A DNA stretch of 61,138 nt, counting the filler, from Nemertoderma westbladi (taxonomy: Eukaryota; Animalia; Xenacoelomorpha): NCBI GenBank assembly GCA_032718475.1. It is 3 parts of 3 records of this genome, joined end to end, with 100 filler letters (N's around TTAATTAATTAA, not from the genome) between each part and the next. Parts side by side here need not be neighbours in the genome. Positions count along the whole stretch, not along the records: positions 1 to 24,193 come from JAUCBJ010006318.1; 2 more parts are not named here. One strand, written 5' to 3'. Shown piece by piece: positions 11,281 to 24,293 of this stretch (positions are counted from its first letter, which is position 1; the number at the start of each line of letters is the position of its first letter). The notes below the pieces were generated by a model, which was not told where the DNA came from, did no database searches, and saw only the letters and a program-made list of their open reading frames with translations. A program made the position numbers and the translations under genes.

Positions 11281-14265
11281 TGTAATAAAAGAAACCTTTT
11301 TAGCCTATGTCATTAATATAGTCTGTATTTCAATAAAGCCCCTTTATTTCAGTTGCAAGCTAATTTACTAAAACTTTGTACGTAATAAGGTTTTAGTTTG
11401 AAGCTCAGCGACTGCGACATACATTCAATATTTCTAAATATAAGTTATCCAAGAATGAATAGATGAAATCCAATTAAAATTGTTGTTAATACCATTCTAT
11501 TAATATAAATATAACTGAGTTACGCTATATTTTACGTCTAACCAAATTAATAATATATATATTACAATTTACAATCACAAAGTTTATTACATAATTAGGC
11601 ACAACACACGGAGAGAAATCTAAGCAAACACTAAGTTTTATTATTGTCACATAATATAAAATACAACATGTCAAAAATAAAATAAAAAATTATTTAACCT
11701 GTGGAAAAGAAAGATAAAAGGCTGCAATTAATGGCATACACTTTAGTTCATAATCATAATAATTATTATTAATAATACACAATAAATAATATTATATCAC
11801 CATGCTGCAAACTACACTAAGTTTCATATTCTCCTTCGCACAATTACAGCGGCAGCTATCAATACGTCTTTGTAGTTCGAATAAGGTTATAACTTATAGG
11901 TACCCCGATACGATTCAGGTTCACTTATTCAGGGGGGGGGGGGGGGTCATTTTTTGTGGGTCAATTATCATTATTTCGTCAGTAGTAATTGGAAAAATTG
12001 AAAAATGTCATCCGGAGATAATTGCTTTTAAACTTTAATCTCAAAACTGTCTGCCTATAGGGTCCGTCAATCGGGGCGTAATGTCTGGCAAGCAGCAGCA
12101 CACAACGTAGATGACATTTAATGTCTAAGGGATACAAATGTCAGCCTCTCTTCTTAAATATTGACGGACAGAGCGGCAGACGGAAAGAATGCGATAACTC
12201 TAGAATAGGAAGAGATATCGCTAAGCCGTTTCCACATTTTATAAAATAATGTGAAATGTTGACCCATGGAGGAGGTTACCACCACCACCCCCCCCCCCCC
12301 CCCACCCCCCCGCTGAATGTAAGGTAGTAGTGAATATATCAGGATTAGTTACATAATTGATTGATATGGCAATGTTTTACATGTGTGATCGAAGGCACAA
12401 TATTCGGCTTCAACTATTTTATTATAAGGAGCTACTTTTTCATAATAAACATAAAATACCAGAATTGAAACATTTAAATTGTGTTTAATTTATTCCATAA
12501 ATTAAAATATTCGATTATAAATAGATTCGCGGTGTAACATTCCAGTGGCAAAAAAGCTGCAGGAAAGTTACTGGTTCGGAACAGAAGTAATACGGACGCG
12601 GCGCAATCAGAACTCAGGGTACGGAAAGTCAAACAGAATGCTGACATCGCATTACAGTGAACTTTATTTAATTTCAATTATAATAAAGCCACTTTATTCA
12701 ACGGCTGAGTGACGTAATCTTAGTGGAATATTTAACTATTTTAAATATTTAGACAAGAAAATATAAAATTGATAAAACGATCGATCATTGCAAAATACTA
12801 ATAATACAAAATATTCGCCCAATAAACAAAATAATAAGAGAGGCTGTATAAATATAAAACTGCAACTAAAGATTCTAGATAAATAATTAAGCGACGCTTT
12901 TTGGGTCAGTTAGATCGCATGTTAAGCCAAACAAATAATAATAAAAATAACATTGGCGGTATTAATTACTGTGTATTTATAAGTGCCTGAAATTTTTGTT
13001 CGTAGGATCTACAAAATGTTCCCAAAATAATTCAACCGAAAATAAATCCAATAAATTATACGTCATGATTTATTTATAATTGTTTAATAAATTCCAATTT
13101 TATATTCCTTAAATTAAGAATACGATAAATTAATATGAAATAGGAATTTCGTATTTTTAATAAAACTGATATTGACACAAATTATAACAGCAGATATGTT
13201 TAAACCACAAAAAATAAAAAGAACAGTAAAAAAATATTCTTATAAAGAATATAATAATAGCGAAAGTTATAATAATAAATAAAAGCTACTGATTACAGCT
13301 GATGTAGGTATAATAGACTCCAACACAAAAGCACAGAATAAAGTTAATAATTATATAAATAGTCTGTTAAGGGACAATTAATTGGTGTGAATTCACATGA
13401 TTTATTACAAATCGGTTAATTTAATTAGTGAATTTAATTGTGTAAGACTGTACACTAAATTAAAATGCACAATAATTAATTGTAAATGAGTCACCATCAC
13501 GATATTCGTATAAAAAAACTAAAAGTTGCTGTAAAACTAAATTGTCAATAAATTAATTACCAGTGTTTTAGTAGGATAAAGAGGATGAATTAATGAACTT
13601 CGTTAATTAATTAGTATGTAAAACAGACCAACTGCTCAATATAATGGCACAGACTTGTAAAGCAAATGGGACAAATAATAAAGTTCAATAAAATATTATT
13701 ATTTTTAAAAATTTCATCAACAAACAATAATTTTATCCCTCCATAAGAAATTAGAACTCAACATTTGGTTATAAACGAAAAACAAATAAATACAATTACT
13801 GTTTAACACTTATTAGGCCATAAAATTCCGCCTGTTGGATATGGACTAATACACTACGCCTCTACCTAATAGGCCTTGTGGCTCGGCCCAACTTTCTGAA
13901 AGACATTAACTTTAATAAAATATAAAACAAACAAATTGTATATTACAAAATTGCTCCCGGCAACAATAAATTTATTATTGTAGAGAAATAACATAAAATG
14001 CGAGAGAATTTATTGTTGGCGAAACAAAAAATATATGCATTTTGTTATATCCGACAATTCAGCCGGGGGTGCGATAGCACAGAGCCTTTTGTTACCATAG
14101 TTACTTGGCTAATAATTATCCAGCTAAGGAAACCCAGAACGTAGGAGAATCTGGAAGAAACTTGAAATTCTAAAACCATCATTGAGCTGTTAAATAGGTC
14201 GCATTATTTAGCAGTGAGTTCAGTCGGAACATTCCCCCGCGTTCCGAACTCTATTCGTTCCCCGC

Positions 14266-17200
14266 TCACAACATTACATCGTTCCGCGGGGGACGGCGTG
14301 GGGGTTCCTCGTCGTCTACGTCGCCGAACATGTCGGCGAGTCGATTAAACGGAGGATTCCGCCACGATTTAAACTGATCCCAATTCGCTTCTCCTGAATC
14401 CGATTCTAAACTACTCAACGATCCCGCGTTGGAACCCTGAACAGAAACAAACGAGGAAAAACATTCAAAATTGTTTTATTAATGATATTCCATATCCATC
14501 AAAGATGGCAATGTACTGCAAAAACAACTGTACTTTGTCCCCCATCCATAAACTATCAGTATCTCGTTTACATACTGATGATTATGACTCATCGTTACCG
14601 GTTCTATAATTTTCTAACCTGGCCCTCATACATAAACTATCAGTATGTCGTTTACATGACTGTTGATTTGGACATACACACACACATACAGACTCATCGT
14701 TTCGTTACCGGTACTAAACTTTACTTACCTGGCCTTCATATCCATACACTATCTGTATGTCGTTTGCAGACTGTTGATTTGGACATACACACACACATAC
14801 AGACTCATCGTTTCGTTACCGGCACTAAACTTTACTTACCTGGCCCTCATACATAAACTATCAGTATGTCGTTTACAGACTGTTGATTTGGACATACACA
14901 CACACATACATAATCATCGTTTCGTTACCGGCACTAAACTTTACTTACCTGGCCCTCATACATAAACTATCAGTATGTCGTTTACAGACTGTTGATTTGG
15001 ACATACACACACACATACAGACTCATCGTTTACTTACCTGGCCCTCATATCCATAAACTATCAGTATGTCGTTTACAGACTGTTGATTTGGACATACACA
15101 CACACATACAGACTCATCGTTTCGTTACCGGTACTAAACTTTACTTACCTGGCCCTCATATCCATAAACTATCAGTATGTCGTTTACAGACTGTTGATTT
15201 GGACATACACACACACATACAGACTCATCGTTTCGTTACCGGCACTAAACTTTACTTACCTGGCCCTCATACATAAACTATCAGTATGTCGTTTACAGAC
15301 TGTTGATTTGGACATACACACACACATACAGACTCATCGTTTCGTTACCGGTACTAAACTTTACTTACCTGGCCCTCATATCCATAAACTATCAGTATGT
15401 CATTTACAGACTATTGATTTGGACATACACACACACATACAGACTCATCGTTTCGTTACCGGCACTAAACTTTACTTACCTGGCCCTCATACATAAACTA
15501 TCAGTATGTCGTTTACAGACTGTTGATTTGGACATACACACACACATACAGACTCATCGTTTCGTTACCGGCACTAAACTTTACTTACCTGGCCCTCATA
15601 TCCATAAACTATCTGTATGTCGTTTACATGACTGTTGATTTGGACATACACACACACATACAGACTCATCGTTTCGTTACCCGTAGTAAACTTTACTTAC
15701 CTGGCCTTCATATCCATACACTATCTGTATGTCGTTTGCAGACTGTTGATTCGGGTCTTTATCGGTGTCTTCCAAACGACTCATTATAAAATTCTGAACA
15801 TCGGGTCCGTCGCCACCCTAAAATAAATGTTTTAAAATATTGATAAAAAAAGTTTTAACTATTATTATAATAATTATATTAACTGTGTTCTATACAAAAG
15901 TAGACAATACACAATGCTCCAAGCGTCGAATATAAATGACATAATCACATTGTGTAGCCTACTGTACAATAAATAATAATATTTTTGTAAAATATATTAA
16001 TTATTTCAATACTAATGTTATAAGTTATTAAAACATGTGAAAAATCGTAAATAAACTTTAAAACAACCAACAGCCATGCGATAATATACAACTGGTACAC
16101 TTTAATCTTATAACTACTATATTAAATATAAATATTAACAAAAGTCAAGATTGATAATTAAGGAGTGATATTAATTTAATGAAAGTAGGCGAAAACAATA
16201 GAGTTAGTATTCTGTCAAATATTGATAAAAATATTAACATCGTCTGACTGTAAAGGAATGCGATTATTGATTCTGTAATCCAGGTTATCAAATAAAGATA
16301 TCTGACAAATAAATACCCTGTTATTATTTATATTCATAAGCTATGAATTATGAAACTACAATAATGACCAAGACTAAATAAAATACTGACTGACAAAAAG
16401 CAGACAATATCCCATGCGGGCAGATTATAGACTCTGTGAATCTATTTACCTTCTTTGGTGGAATGGGCGGAGGGGGTGTTGATTTCAGCAATGGTTCCTG
16501 TGATTACATAACCCAAAATATATTATGCAAATAAAATGTTTCCGAAGTTTAAAAGAAAATTACACAAAAACACAAATCTGAAACTAACTTCAGAAGTCAA
16601 TATCTCTAAAAAAATAAATTTAAAACAAGTAGCGGAACAATCTGAAATAAATATAAGCCCGATGTCTTCTTTATTAGCTATATATTCTGGATAGAAAAAA
16701 AGGCTGAGTGCTCAAATATTATTATTAGTCAATTAGTTAATTGAAATGAAATGATTAATATAAGAATTAAGGCTATCAAGATTGGATTCAAAATACCGTT
16801 GTTGAATGCTAAATCAAAACGGTGTCAGAAAATATCCGCGTTAAAGTTAAAGAACGAAAGTTGAAATAACTAAATGCAATCGAGAGAAGCGGCAGAGAAG
16901 GTTGATAGTCGTACCCGGAACGATATGGATCGCGATTCGAAGTGGGAGCTCGATTTACCGGCGTTCTCCGATCGGTACATCGAGGCGCTGCCGCCCTTCC
17001 CGTACCTCTGCAAGGCCTTGGCTCCCCGAGCCGCTCCCCCTTGGCTCCCATGCTCACTCCCATCCGTGTCGTCGGGCCCTCGTGCTGCGCGCACTCCATC
17101 ACCCGCTTCCAGGTCGTCATCATCACCATCCCAACCCGCGCCCCCCTTACCAGCACCACCACCGGCACCACCACCAGCACCGGCACCGCCACCACCACCG

Positions 17201-18243
17201 GAAAGTCCCGCCTAAAATTAAGATTACGTAATTATTTTGCAAAAAACATTGTACCTGGAATATCACTTAATGCATAATAATATAGAATGTTAACAGAAAA
17301 GAAACATTTACCAAAGCAACCAATTTACATCACCTCTACAACATATAAATAATAATTTAACAACAGCCCAACAGATATCATGCGGCGCATAACGATGTTT
17401 GCACTTACATCGCGAGCGGAGTACAACCCGGTACTGGTACGTAAAGAGTCCACTGTGTCGGGGGTGGCCCCGGCCTTGGAATACGTGTCTGCCGCGGACT
17501 TGGACAACGTGTCCGCCGCGGACTTGGACAACGTGTTCGCAGCCGACTTGGACAAAGTGTCCGCCGCTACAATAGGAACTCTTCGAGGTACAGGAGGCGG
17601 AGGTGTGTGCTCGTACGCAGGATTTGTCGCACTCAGCTACTCACAGCAGCGTTAAAAATATAAGATTTATTTATACGATACGTCAGTACAGTACAAAGTA
17701 AACTGTGCATATGATTGATTGTATAATATGGAGGTTTCTCTCATGCAGTGGTAGTGCTTGATAGTGCGTATTATTAATAATGGCCAAAACATTTATTTTA
17801 GAACTGAAATGAACACGATTATGGAATTATTAACTAGTATACTGACCTTCACTCCAACTCCTCCCTCTATGTCATCGTCTCCACCATCCCAACCCGCTCC
17901 ACCAGGAGCCCCTCCCTCCCGTGTCACTGTCGTTTTCTCATCCTTTAACTTCCTCAGAGGTTCTATGTTAAAGTCCATCCCGTCTTCACCTCCTCCGTCT
18001 TCAGCGTAGTGTCTAACGCTCTCCCCGGTATCGAACTGGTGGTCAATAAGTCCCTTGGCGCCGTCCGCCTTTTTCTGTCGGTCCATCCAGCACCCGATGA
18101 TGAGGAGCAGAATGAGGAGCAAGAGAAGGGCGAGAATGATGGCGAGCCACCCGGGGATTGATAGGAATGCGGCGAGAGCGGAACGCTGGGCAACCGCGTC
18201 GGTGGCGCAATGCAACCCAGTCCAAGGGGCAACGCACGTGCAT
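14266..18243 (-). CDS. Classical-type cadherin, last six exons (18243-17847, 17636-17409, 17211-16915, 16497-16450, 15817-15701, 14436-14266)
   Basis: All five introns are GT-AG and phase 0, and the spliced frame is open. It encodes the EGF end CTCVAPWTGLHC, TM GWLAIILALLLLLILLLIIGCW, the p120-binding VRHYAEDGGGED, and the catenin-binding DVQNFIMSRLEDTDKDP..DIQIVYGYEGQ|GSNAGSLSSLES..W..F.RLADMFG. Stop is at 14268-14266. Confidence 0.9.
14540..15750 (-). repeat. 108-110-bp tandem array built from a cadherin exon 3' end, splice donor and intron start
   Basis: Ten units carry CAG|GTAAGTAA on the minus strand, plus 1-2 degenerate units at 14540-14640. The rightmost unit overlaps the real exon 15817-15701. 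Confidence 0.93.
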
Positions 18244-19029
18244 CTATAAAGGAAGGAGGAAAAACAATGGATATAAAAATATATTGTGAGAAGTGGTCTG
18301 CAATACTCTATGGAAAGGAAATTGGACCACATGAGTGAGAATCCACTTCACAGTTTTAAAGACAATGGATTTGCAAGGGGAGAGGTGTCTTTTAATCTCT
18401 TTTAATCAACTGTCTTTTAGTCTATCAAACTTTCGATCTATTAAAATACATATCTTAAGTTGCGGCCTTTTCTTAACCTGATTCATCACCAGATTAAATA
18501 TAAAACCCCTGCCCGGGCGCCTCTGGCTGGTCCAGGGCATATTTAATCAGCATTTATCCAATAGTGTCACAACATACTGCCACGTGACAGTTTTGCAATG
18601 TTTGCCTAGACCACGCAAACGTAAACAAAATATGTAATTGACACGAATATCATTGATTTGTGACGCAAGTTCCGTTGGAGGGGAGCTATATATCAGAATT
18701 CATTGATCATGGGTAGTCGTTCTATCCCATTTCCCCCATTCACTAGGGAGACTTTTGGGCGTACGATGCATGAGATAAATCCTCAACAAATGCGAGTTGA
18801 AAAGTATAATATTTAATGGCAAATTATCACTCACGTAGCCCGGTTAGTTAAAGGAAAGCACGTAACGGTAAAAATTTAATAGTAAACACACTGAAAATTA
18901 ATTCTTCTCCACAACAACCCCACAAAATATTACATTTGAAATAGTATAGAACATTAACTAAATAAAAAATTTATGCTATGTTCCTTATTTATTAACGATA
19001 TTTGCAGTATTTATGTTAGGCCTAGGTCG

Positions 19030-20389
19030 CACATGAGCTTTCCGGTACTACTGTGTTTTGGTCAAAAAATACTACTGTAATACTATGTTTTGGCCAAATT
19101 TTTTTTATATAGCTGGTTTTTGTTACTTTTTAGAAAAAATGTTCTCGAACATAATTAATTAATTAGGTATTTTGTTGTTATCTAAGCTAGTTTTTCTTAC
19201 TTTTTTAAAAAATGTTCTAGAACATTTTGTAAAAAGTAATGTTCTAGAACAAATATTTTTTGTTCTGAAACATTTTTAAAAAATTTGTTTTTTTGGGTGT
19301 TTTTATTTGATTAGTGTTAAATACCAATTACTAACAACTACAAATTGTCATTGTAGCTAGTGATTTTTATTAATTATGTGATACAAAGATACCACAATAA
19401 AAAATTAACAAAATTACAAATTAGCTAGTTTTTTGTTCTAGAACAAAACATATTTGCTCTAGAACAAAATTGTTATATTAAATGAATAGATAATATGCTC
19501 CAGAACATTACATTAAAAAAAAAAGTAACAAAAAAACTAGCTAGTATAAAAAATTGGGGGGGGGGGGGGGGGGGGGGGTGTGCCCAAATAGGCAAATTAC
19601 ATTAAATATTATGTGGTTAGATGTAAATAAATATGTAGAATCTTTATATGTTTAAAGCGCAGATGATGATCTATACCATTGAAAAAACTGAAAAAAAATT
19701 AAAAAATAGCAGCAAATTTGAAAGCAAAACCTATAAAGTGAACAATAATGTACTTTTTGCAGTTTCCCCCCCCCACATTTTTCAAAAAATTAAAAAACTT
19801 TTATAAAGATCCATTTTATGGATTATTTCATGTGTATATATATATTCCCCAAATCATCTTCTAAAAGTTTTCCAATAAAAATATTATCATAATCTTGTTA
19901 ACATTAGCTATTAAAAACTTTTTCACTGCAAAACTTTACAAATGAACAATGCTATCATAGATTATATACGTAAATATTATTTGTTAATAATTATTAACTA
20001 ATTAATTTATTTGTTAATTATTTGTTGAAATTAGCTATTTATAGCTAATGTTCTAGAACATGTATTTTGTTGAAAAAACAAAATTTTTCATTTGAAAATA
20101 TTTAGAAGATGTTTATAGAACATTTACACATGAAATAATTTAGTAAAATCACTATTAATAAAATTTTTTAAATGTGAGGGGGGGGGGGGGGGGGAAACTG
20201 CAAAAGTACAGAGTGCTACTGTAACTTATTCTGGAATGTCTAGCTATCTGAAAATATAACATTTTTGCTATTGTAAAATGTGGGTTGTAAATACCCCGAA
20301 AGTATTGGCTCTATCGTATTTCAGGGCCTCCACCTCCACTGCAGTACACCCATGTCCTGGAATATAGTGTCGTAATTCAGTGACACCCC

Positions 20390-20420
<31 letters not shown>

Positions 20421-21060
20421 AATATTTTTTTTTTCTACAAATCGTAATGAGATTGCATGAAATTTGAAACAGAGATAGTTTCACTCAACTCATCGTGGGT
20501 GGGTGAGCCAGAATTTTTATTTTGGCTTTCATTCTTTAGAAAAAAATGTCTCAGTCGATATTGCACCAGTTACAGCACAGTCATTCTTCAACCTTATAGA
20601 TATTCATAGGTACTAGTGGAAAGCTGCCCAAGCAAGGATTCCAAATATGTGAAAATATTTGAATTTGGCAAATAGCTGATTTTATGGGCGTTCAAATGTT
20701 GCATGTAATTGCTTCCGTTGGCACTACTATGTTATGGGTACCCACTCTTTAAACAATTTTTTTCATATGAAAATCGCTTTTATAATGAGGTTTTTTGTTC
20801 TAGAACAAATATTTAACCTTCTGCCAGTACGATGGTAGCTAGTAATTTTTTTATGGGATAGCTAGTACTTTTTATTAGCTAGTGAAAAAAATTATAATTG
20901 AAAAATTGAAAAACAATTTGACCAACTTTTTTCTTGTAAAAATATATTTTATTATGAGGTTTTTTTTTTATCTAGAACAAATATTTGACCTTCTGACAGT
21001 AAGATGGTAGCTAGTACTTTTGATTTTGTGTTAGCTAGTACTATTTATTAGCTAGTAAAT
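19030..21060. repeat. Foldback/MITE-rich region with nested inverted repeats and many TGTTCTAGAACA and TAGCTAGT palindromes
   Basis: 19100-19300 is inverted versus 19420-19550, and 19750-19860 versus 20095-20210. 20760-21050 is inverted relative to 23820-24100. Confidence 0.7.
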
Positions 21061-21965
21061 GTAAGATATACCGGTAATTTAATTCTCAATTATTAGGAGC
21101 CCGCTCAAAGAGCAGGGATAGTTATTACTGTCAGAGAAAATTGTCAGTGAGGGATATATTATATAGCTATCCATGTGCTATCTATCCATATACCGGAATT
21201 GCAGTTTTGTTCGTACACTTCCTGCCTGGCATTTTTGTTTAAATTTTGCAAGTACATTGTTTTGGTGGTTCATAATCGCGTTACAAAATTTCAGATCGAT
21301 TCTATGTTTGGTATTCGATATATTTCGTTTTTTTGATATTATTTTGTCGCGAAATTAAATGTATATAGACATTCATTGACTGCTGTGGCAAAGGAATACA
21401 TAGAGAGTTGGCTTAGGGTCATTATTAGGCGGGCCGAGCCATTTCAATGCAGCCCTATTATTTAATTAACGGCCCTGTGCTTATAATAAATCAATCAGCT
21501 GGCCTACCATTTAACATCAGTAAGTAACATTATAGATATTCCTATAGAATTCACTGGGAAGAGATATTCAGCTGACCGGGTAATACATTTTAAACAGTTG
21601 ATGTTTGATTACTGTCTGTGATAGTGTGAGTGAGTAAACACAACCTTACTAAAACTTGGCAAGTAAAATACTTCTCTGTAGTCCGCACCAGCTGGTATTT
21701 CTATCATTGAGTCTATGGCAATTTTCGTGTTATGGGGCTATTGATGGTCTTACCAAGTCATTCAACTCAACTGACATGTGTATTCTAAATTTCACTGTAC
21801 TTTGCAGCGTTACGAGTAATTCACCAGAACGCTGTTAAGTTGACATAATGTAACAAAAGTTAATGTTTTGTCAAACTGAATGCTCATGCGTATTAAATAA
21901 CCCAATAACAAAAGTTAGATGGAACTATGGGAAACATCGTACGTTGTATTAAATTAATATACTGT

Positions 21966-23562
21966 GGCACGAGCCACGATTAGTGAGCGAAGCTACAAGT
22001 GCACAATTTCAATTAGTATTAGGGCCTAATATCATGTCCGTCTGTTTGTCTGTCCGTCTGTCTGTAATAGAAAATTCAATCGTTTTGAAGCCTTTAATCA
22101 ATTTTAACCTAATTTGGATGTACCTATTAGAGGACAAGTTCCAATATTTTGAAAATTTTCGTGGGGCATTCGTGCTCAAGTACTCGGGTTACCCGTTCTC
22201 GAGTAAGCAGCCGCTCGTGCTGCACGAGTCAAGTACTCGGGTGTCCCGTTCTCGAGTAAGCAGCCGCTCGTGCTGCACGAGTCAAGTACTCGGGTGTCCC
22301 GTTCTCGAGTAAGCAGCCGCTCGTGCTGCACGAGTCAAGTACTCGGGTGTCCCGTTCTCGAGTAAGCAGCCGCTCGTGCTGCACGAGTCAAGTACTCGGG
22401 TGTCCCGTTCTCGAGTAAGCAGCCGCTCGTGCTGCACGAGTCAAGTACACGGGTGTCCCGTTCTCGAGTAAGCAGCCGCTCGTGCTGCACGAGTCAAATA
22501 CTCGGGAGTCCCGTTCTTGAGTAAGCAGCCGCTCGTGCCTGCACGAGTCAAGTACTCTGGTTACCCGTTCTCGAGTAAGCAGCCGCTCGTGCTGCACGAG
22601 TCAAGTACTCGGGTGTCCCGTTCTCGAGTAAGCAGCCGCTCGTGCTGCACGAGTCAAGTACTCGGGTGTCCCGTTCTCGAGTAAGCAGCCGCTCGTGCTG
22701 CACGAGTCAAGTACACGGGTTACCCTTTCTCGAGTAAGCAGCCGCTCGTGCTGCACGAGTCAAGTACTCGGGTTACCCGTTCTCGAGTAAGCAGCCGCTC
22801 GTGCTGCACGAGTCAAGTACACGGGTTACCCGTTCTCGAGTAAGCAGCCGCTCGTGCTGCACGAGTCAAGTACTCGGGTTACCCGTTCTCGAGTAAGCAG
22901 CCGCTCGTGCCTGCACGAGTCAAGTGCTCGGGTTACCCGTTCTCGAGTAAGCAGCCGCTTGTGCTGCACGAGTCAAGTACTCGGGTGTCCCGTTCTCGAG
23001 TAAGCAGCCGCTCGTGCTGCACGAGTCAAGTACTCGGGTGTCCCGTTCTCGAGTAAGCAGCCGCTCGTGCTGCGCGAGTCAAGTACACGGGTTACCCGTT
23101 CTCGAGTAAGCAGCCGCTCGTGCTGCGCGAGTCAAGTACACGGGTTACCCGTTCTCGAGTAAGCAGCCGCTCGTGCTGCACGAGTCAAGTACTCGGGTTA
23201 CCCGTTCTCGAGTAAGCAGCCGCTCGTGCTGCGCGAGTCAAGTACTCGGGTTACCCGTTCTCGAGTAAGCAGCCGCTCGTGCTGCGCGACGCTACACGTA
23301 CGTTTATTTATATACTGCGAGACGTTCGAATGGGCTAGAGTCCTGAAGTGCTCTAATGGAACCACAAACACATCCACATCCACACACATACATCTAATAA
23401 AGGTGTCGCGATGTCGGGTTAATTCTACTCCAGCTCTCCGAAATGTTGATCCAATCGACGGTAAACAAGACTGAACATATACAAAAAAAACCTACCAATT
23501 TCAGGGTCTTCATAACTCGGTGAAAAGGGCTCCTTACTGCAAAGCTTGCGTTGCGTTTCTAG
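21966..23562 (+). mobile_element. Helitron/Helentron-like composite containing a 53-bp satellite
   Basis: 21966-22175 resembles the reverse complement of 60790-60996 (CGAGCCACGA..GTGAG, GTCTGTCC microsatellite, CGTGGGGC.TTCGTGC). The region ends with a hairpin GCAAAGCTTGCGTTGC followed by CTAG|T at 23559-23563. Confidence 0.5.
22169..23289. repeat. 53-bp GC-rich palindromic satellite, about 21 copies
   Basis: Unit CTCGTGCTGCACGAGTCAAGTACTCGGGTGTCCCGTTCTCGAGTAAGCAGCCG; period checked at 22201 and 22254. Confidence 0.97.
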
Positions 23563-24193
23563 TATATTTGCATGGAATAATTTATGAGTCATGGCAGCTA
23601 GTAATTTTTATTTGATAGTCAAAGTAGCTAGTAATTATTCACTAGCTAGTTTTTTATATTTTATACAAAATATGTCAAAATAGAGTTTTTACATATTTTA
23701 CTTATTTAGGCCTATTTTACTTATTACTAGATTTATTTATCTTTTTATTAGTCATTTCGATAATATATTGATGATACGGGATGGAAATTGTCTAAATAAA
23801 ATGGGGCACTACAAAATTTCTTTTGTAATTTTAAGATCACTAGCTACCCTTAAAAACTAGTCACTAGCTACCATAATAAAAATAATAGCTAACCTCTCTC
23901 AGAAGGTGAAATAATTTATGTTCTAGAACAAAAAACCATCTTGATAATATCCATTAACATAGTCCTAAATATTATTTTGTAATTTTAAGATCACTAGCTA
24001 CCTTTAAAAACACTAGCTACCTTATAATAACAAATAATAGGTAACCTCTCTCAGAAGGTGAAATTTATGTTCTAGAACGAAAAACATCATGATAATATTC
24101 AATAATATGGTAAAAAAAATTGATCCAAAATTAGGTACTAAAAATTTGGTTTTGTAATTTTAAAAACAGTTGCTACCTAAAAGAAATCACTAG

Positions 24194-24293
24194 NNNNNNN
24201 NNNNNNNNNNNNNNNNNNNNNNNNNNNNNNNNNNNNNTTAATTAATTAANNNNNNNNNNNNNNNNNNNNNNNNNNNNNNNNNNNNNNNNNNNN
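24194..24293. other. Assembly spacer (44 N + TTAATTAATTAA + 44 N)
   Basis: An all-frame stop linker inside an N run; an identical spacer is at 44803-44902. Confidence 0.97.

Noticed and set aside
14720-15705. U1 snRNA gene array (ACTTACCTGG on the plus strand)
   Set aside because: Only the first 10 nt match. It is the complement of consensus splice donors on the minus strand and no U1 body follows.
22169-23289. CRISPR-like palindromic repeat array
   Set aside because: Units are contiguous with no unique spacers, there are no cas genes, and the context is eukaryotic.
24194-24293. TTAATTAATTAA as a biological motif, and linkage of the cadherin to BRF1
   Set aside because: It is an artificial contig linker, so adjacency across it and across 44803-44902 is not evidence of real synteny.
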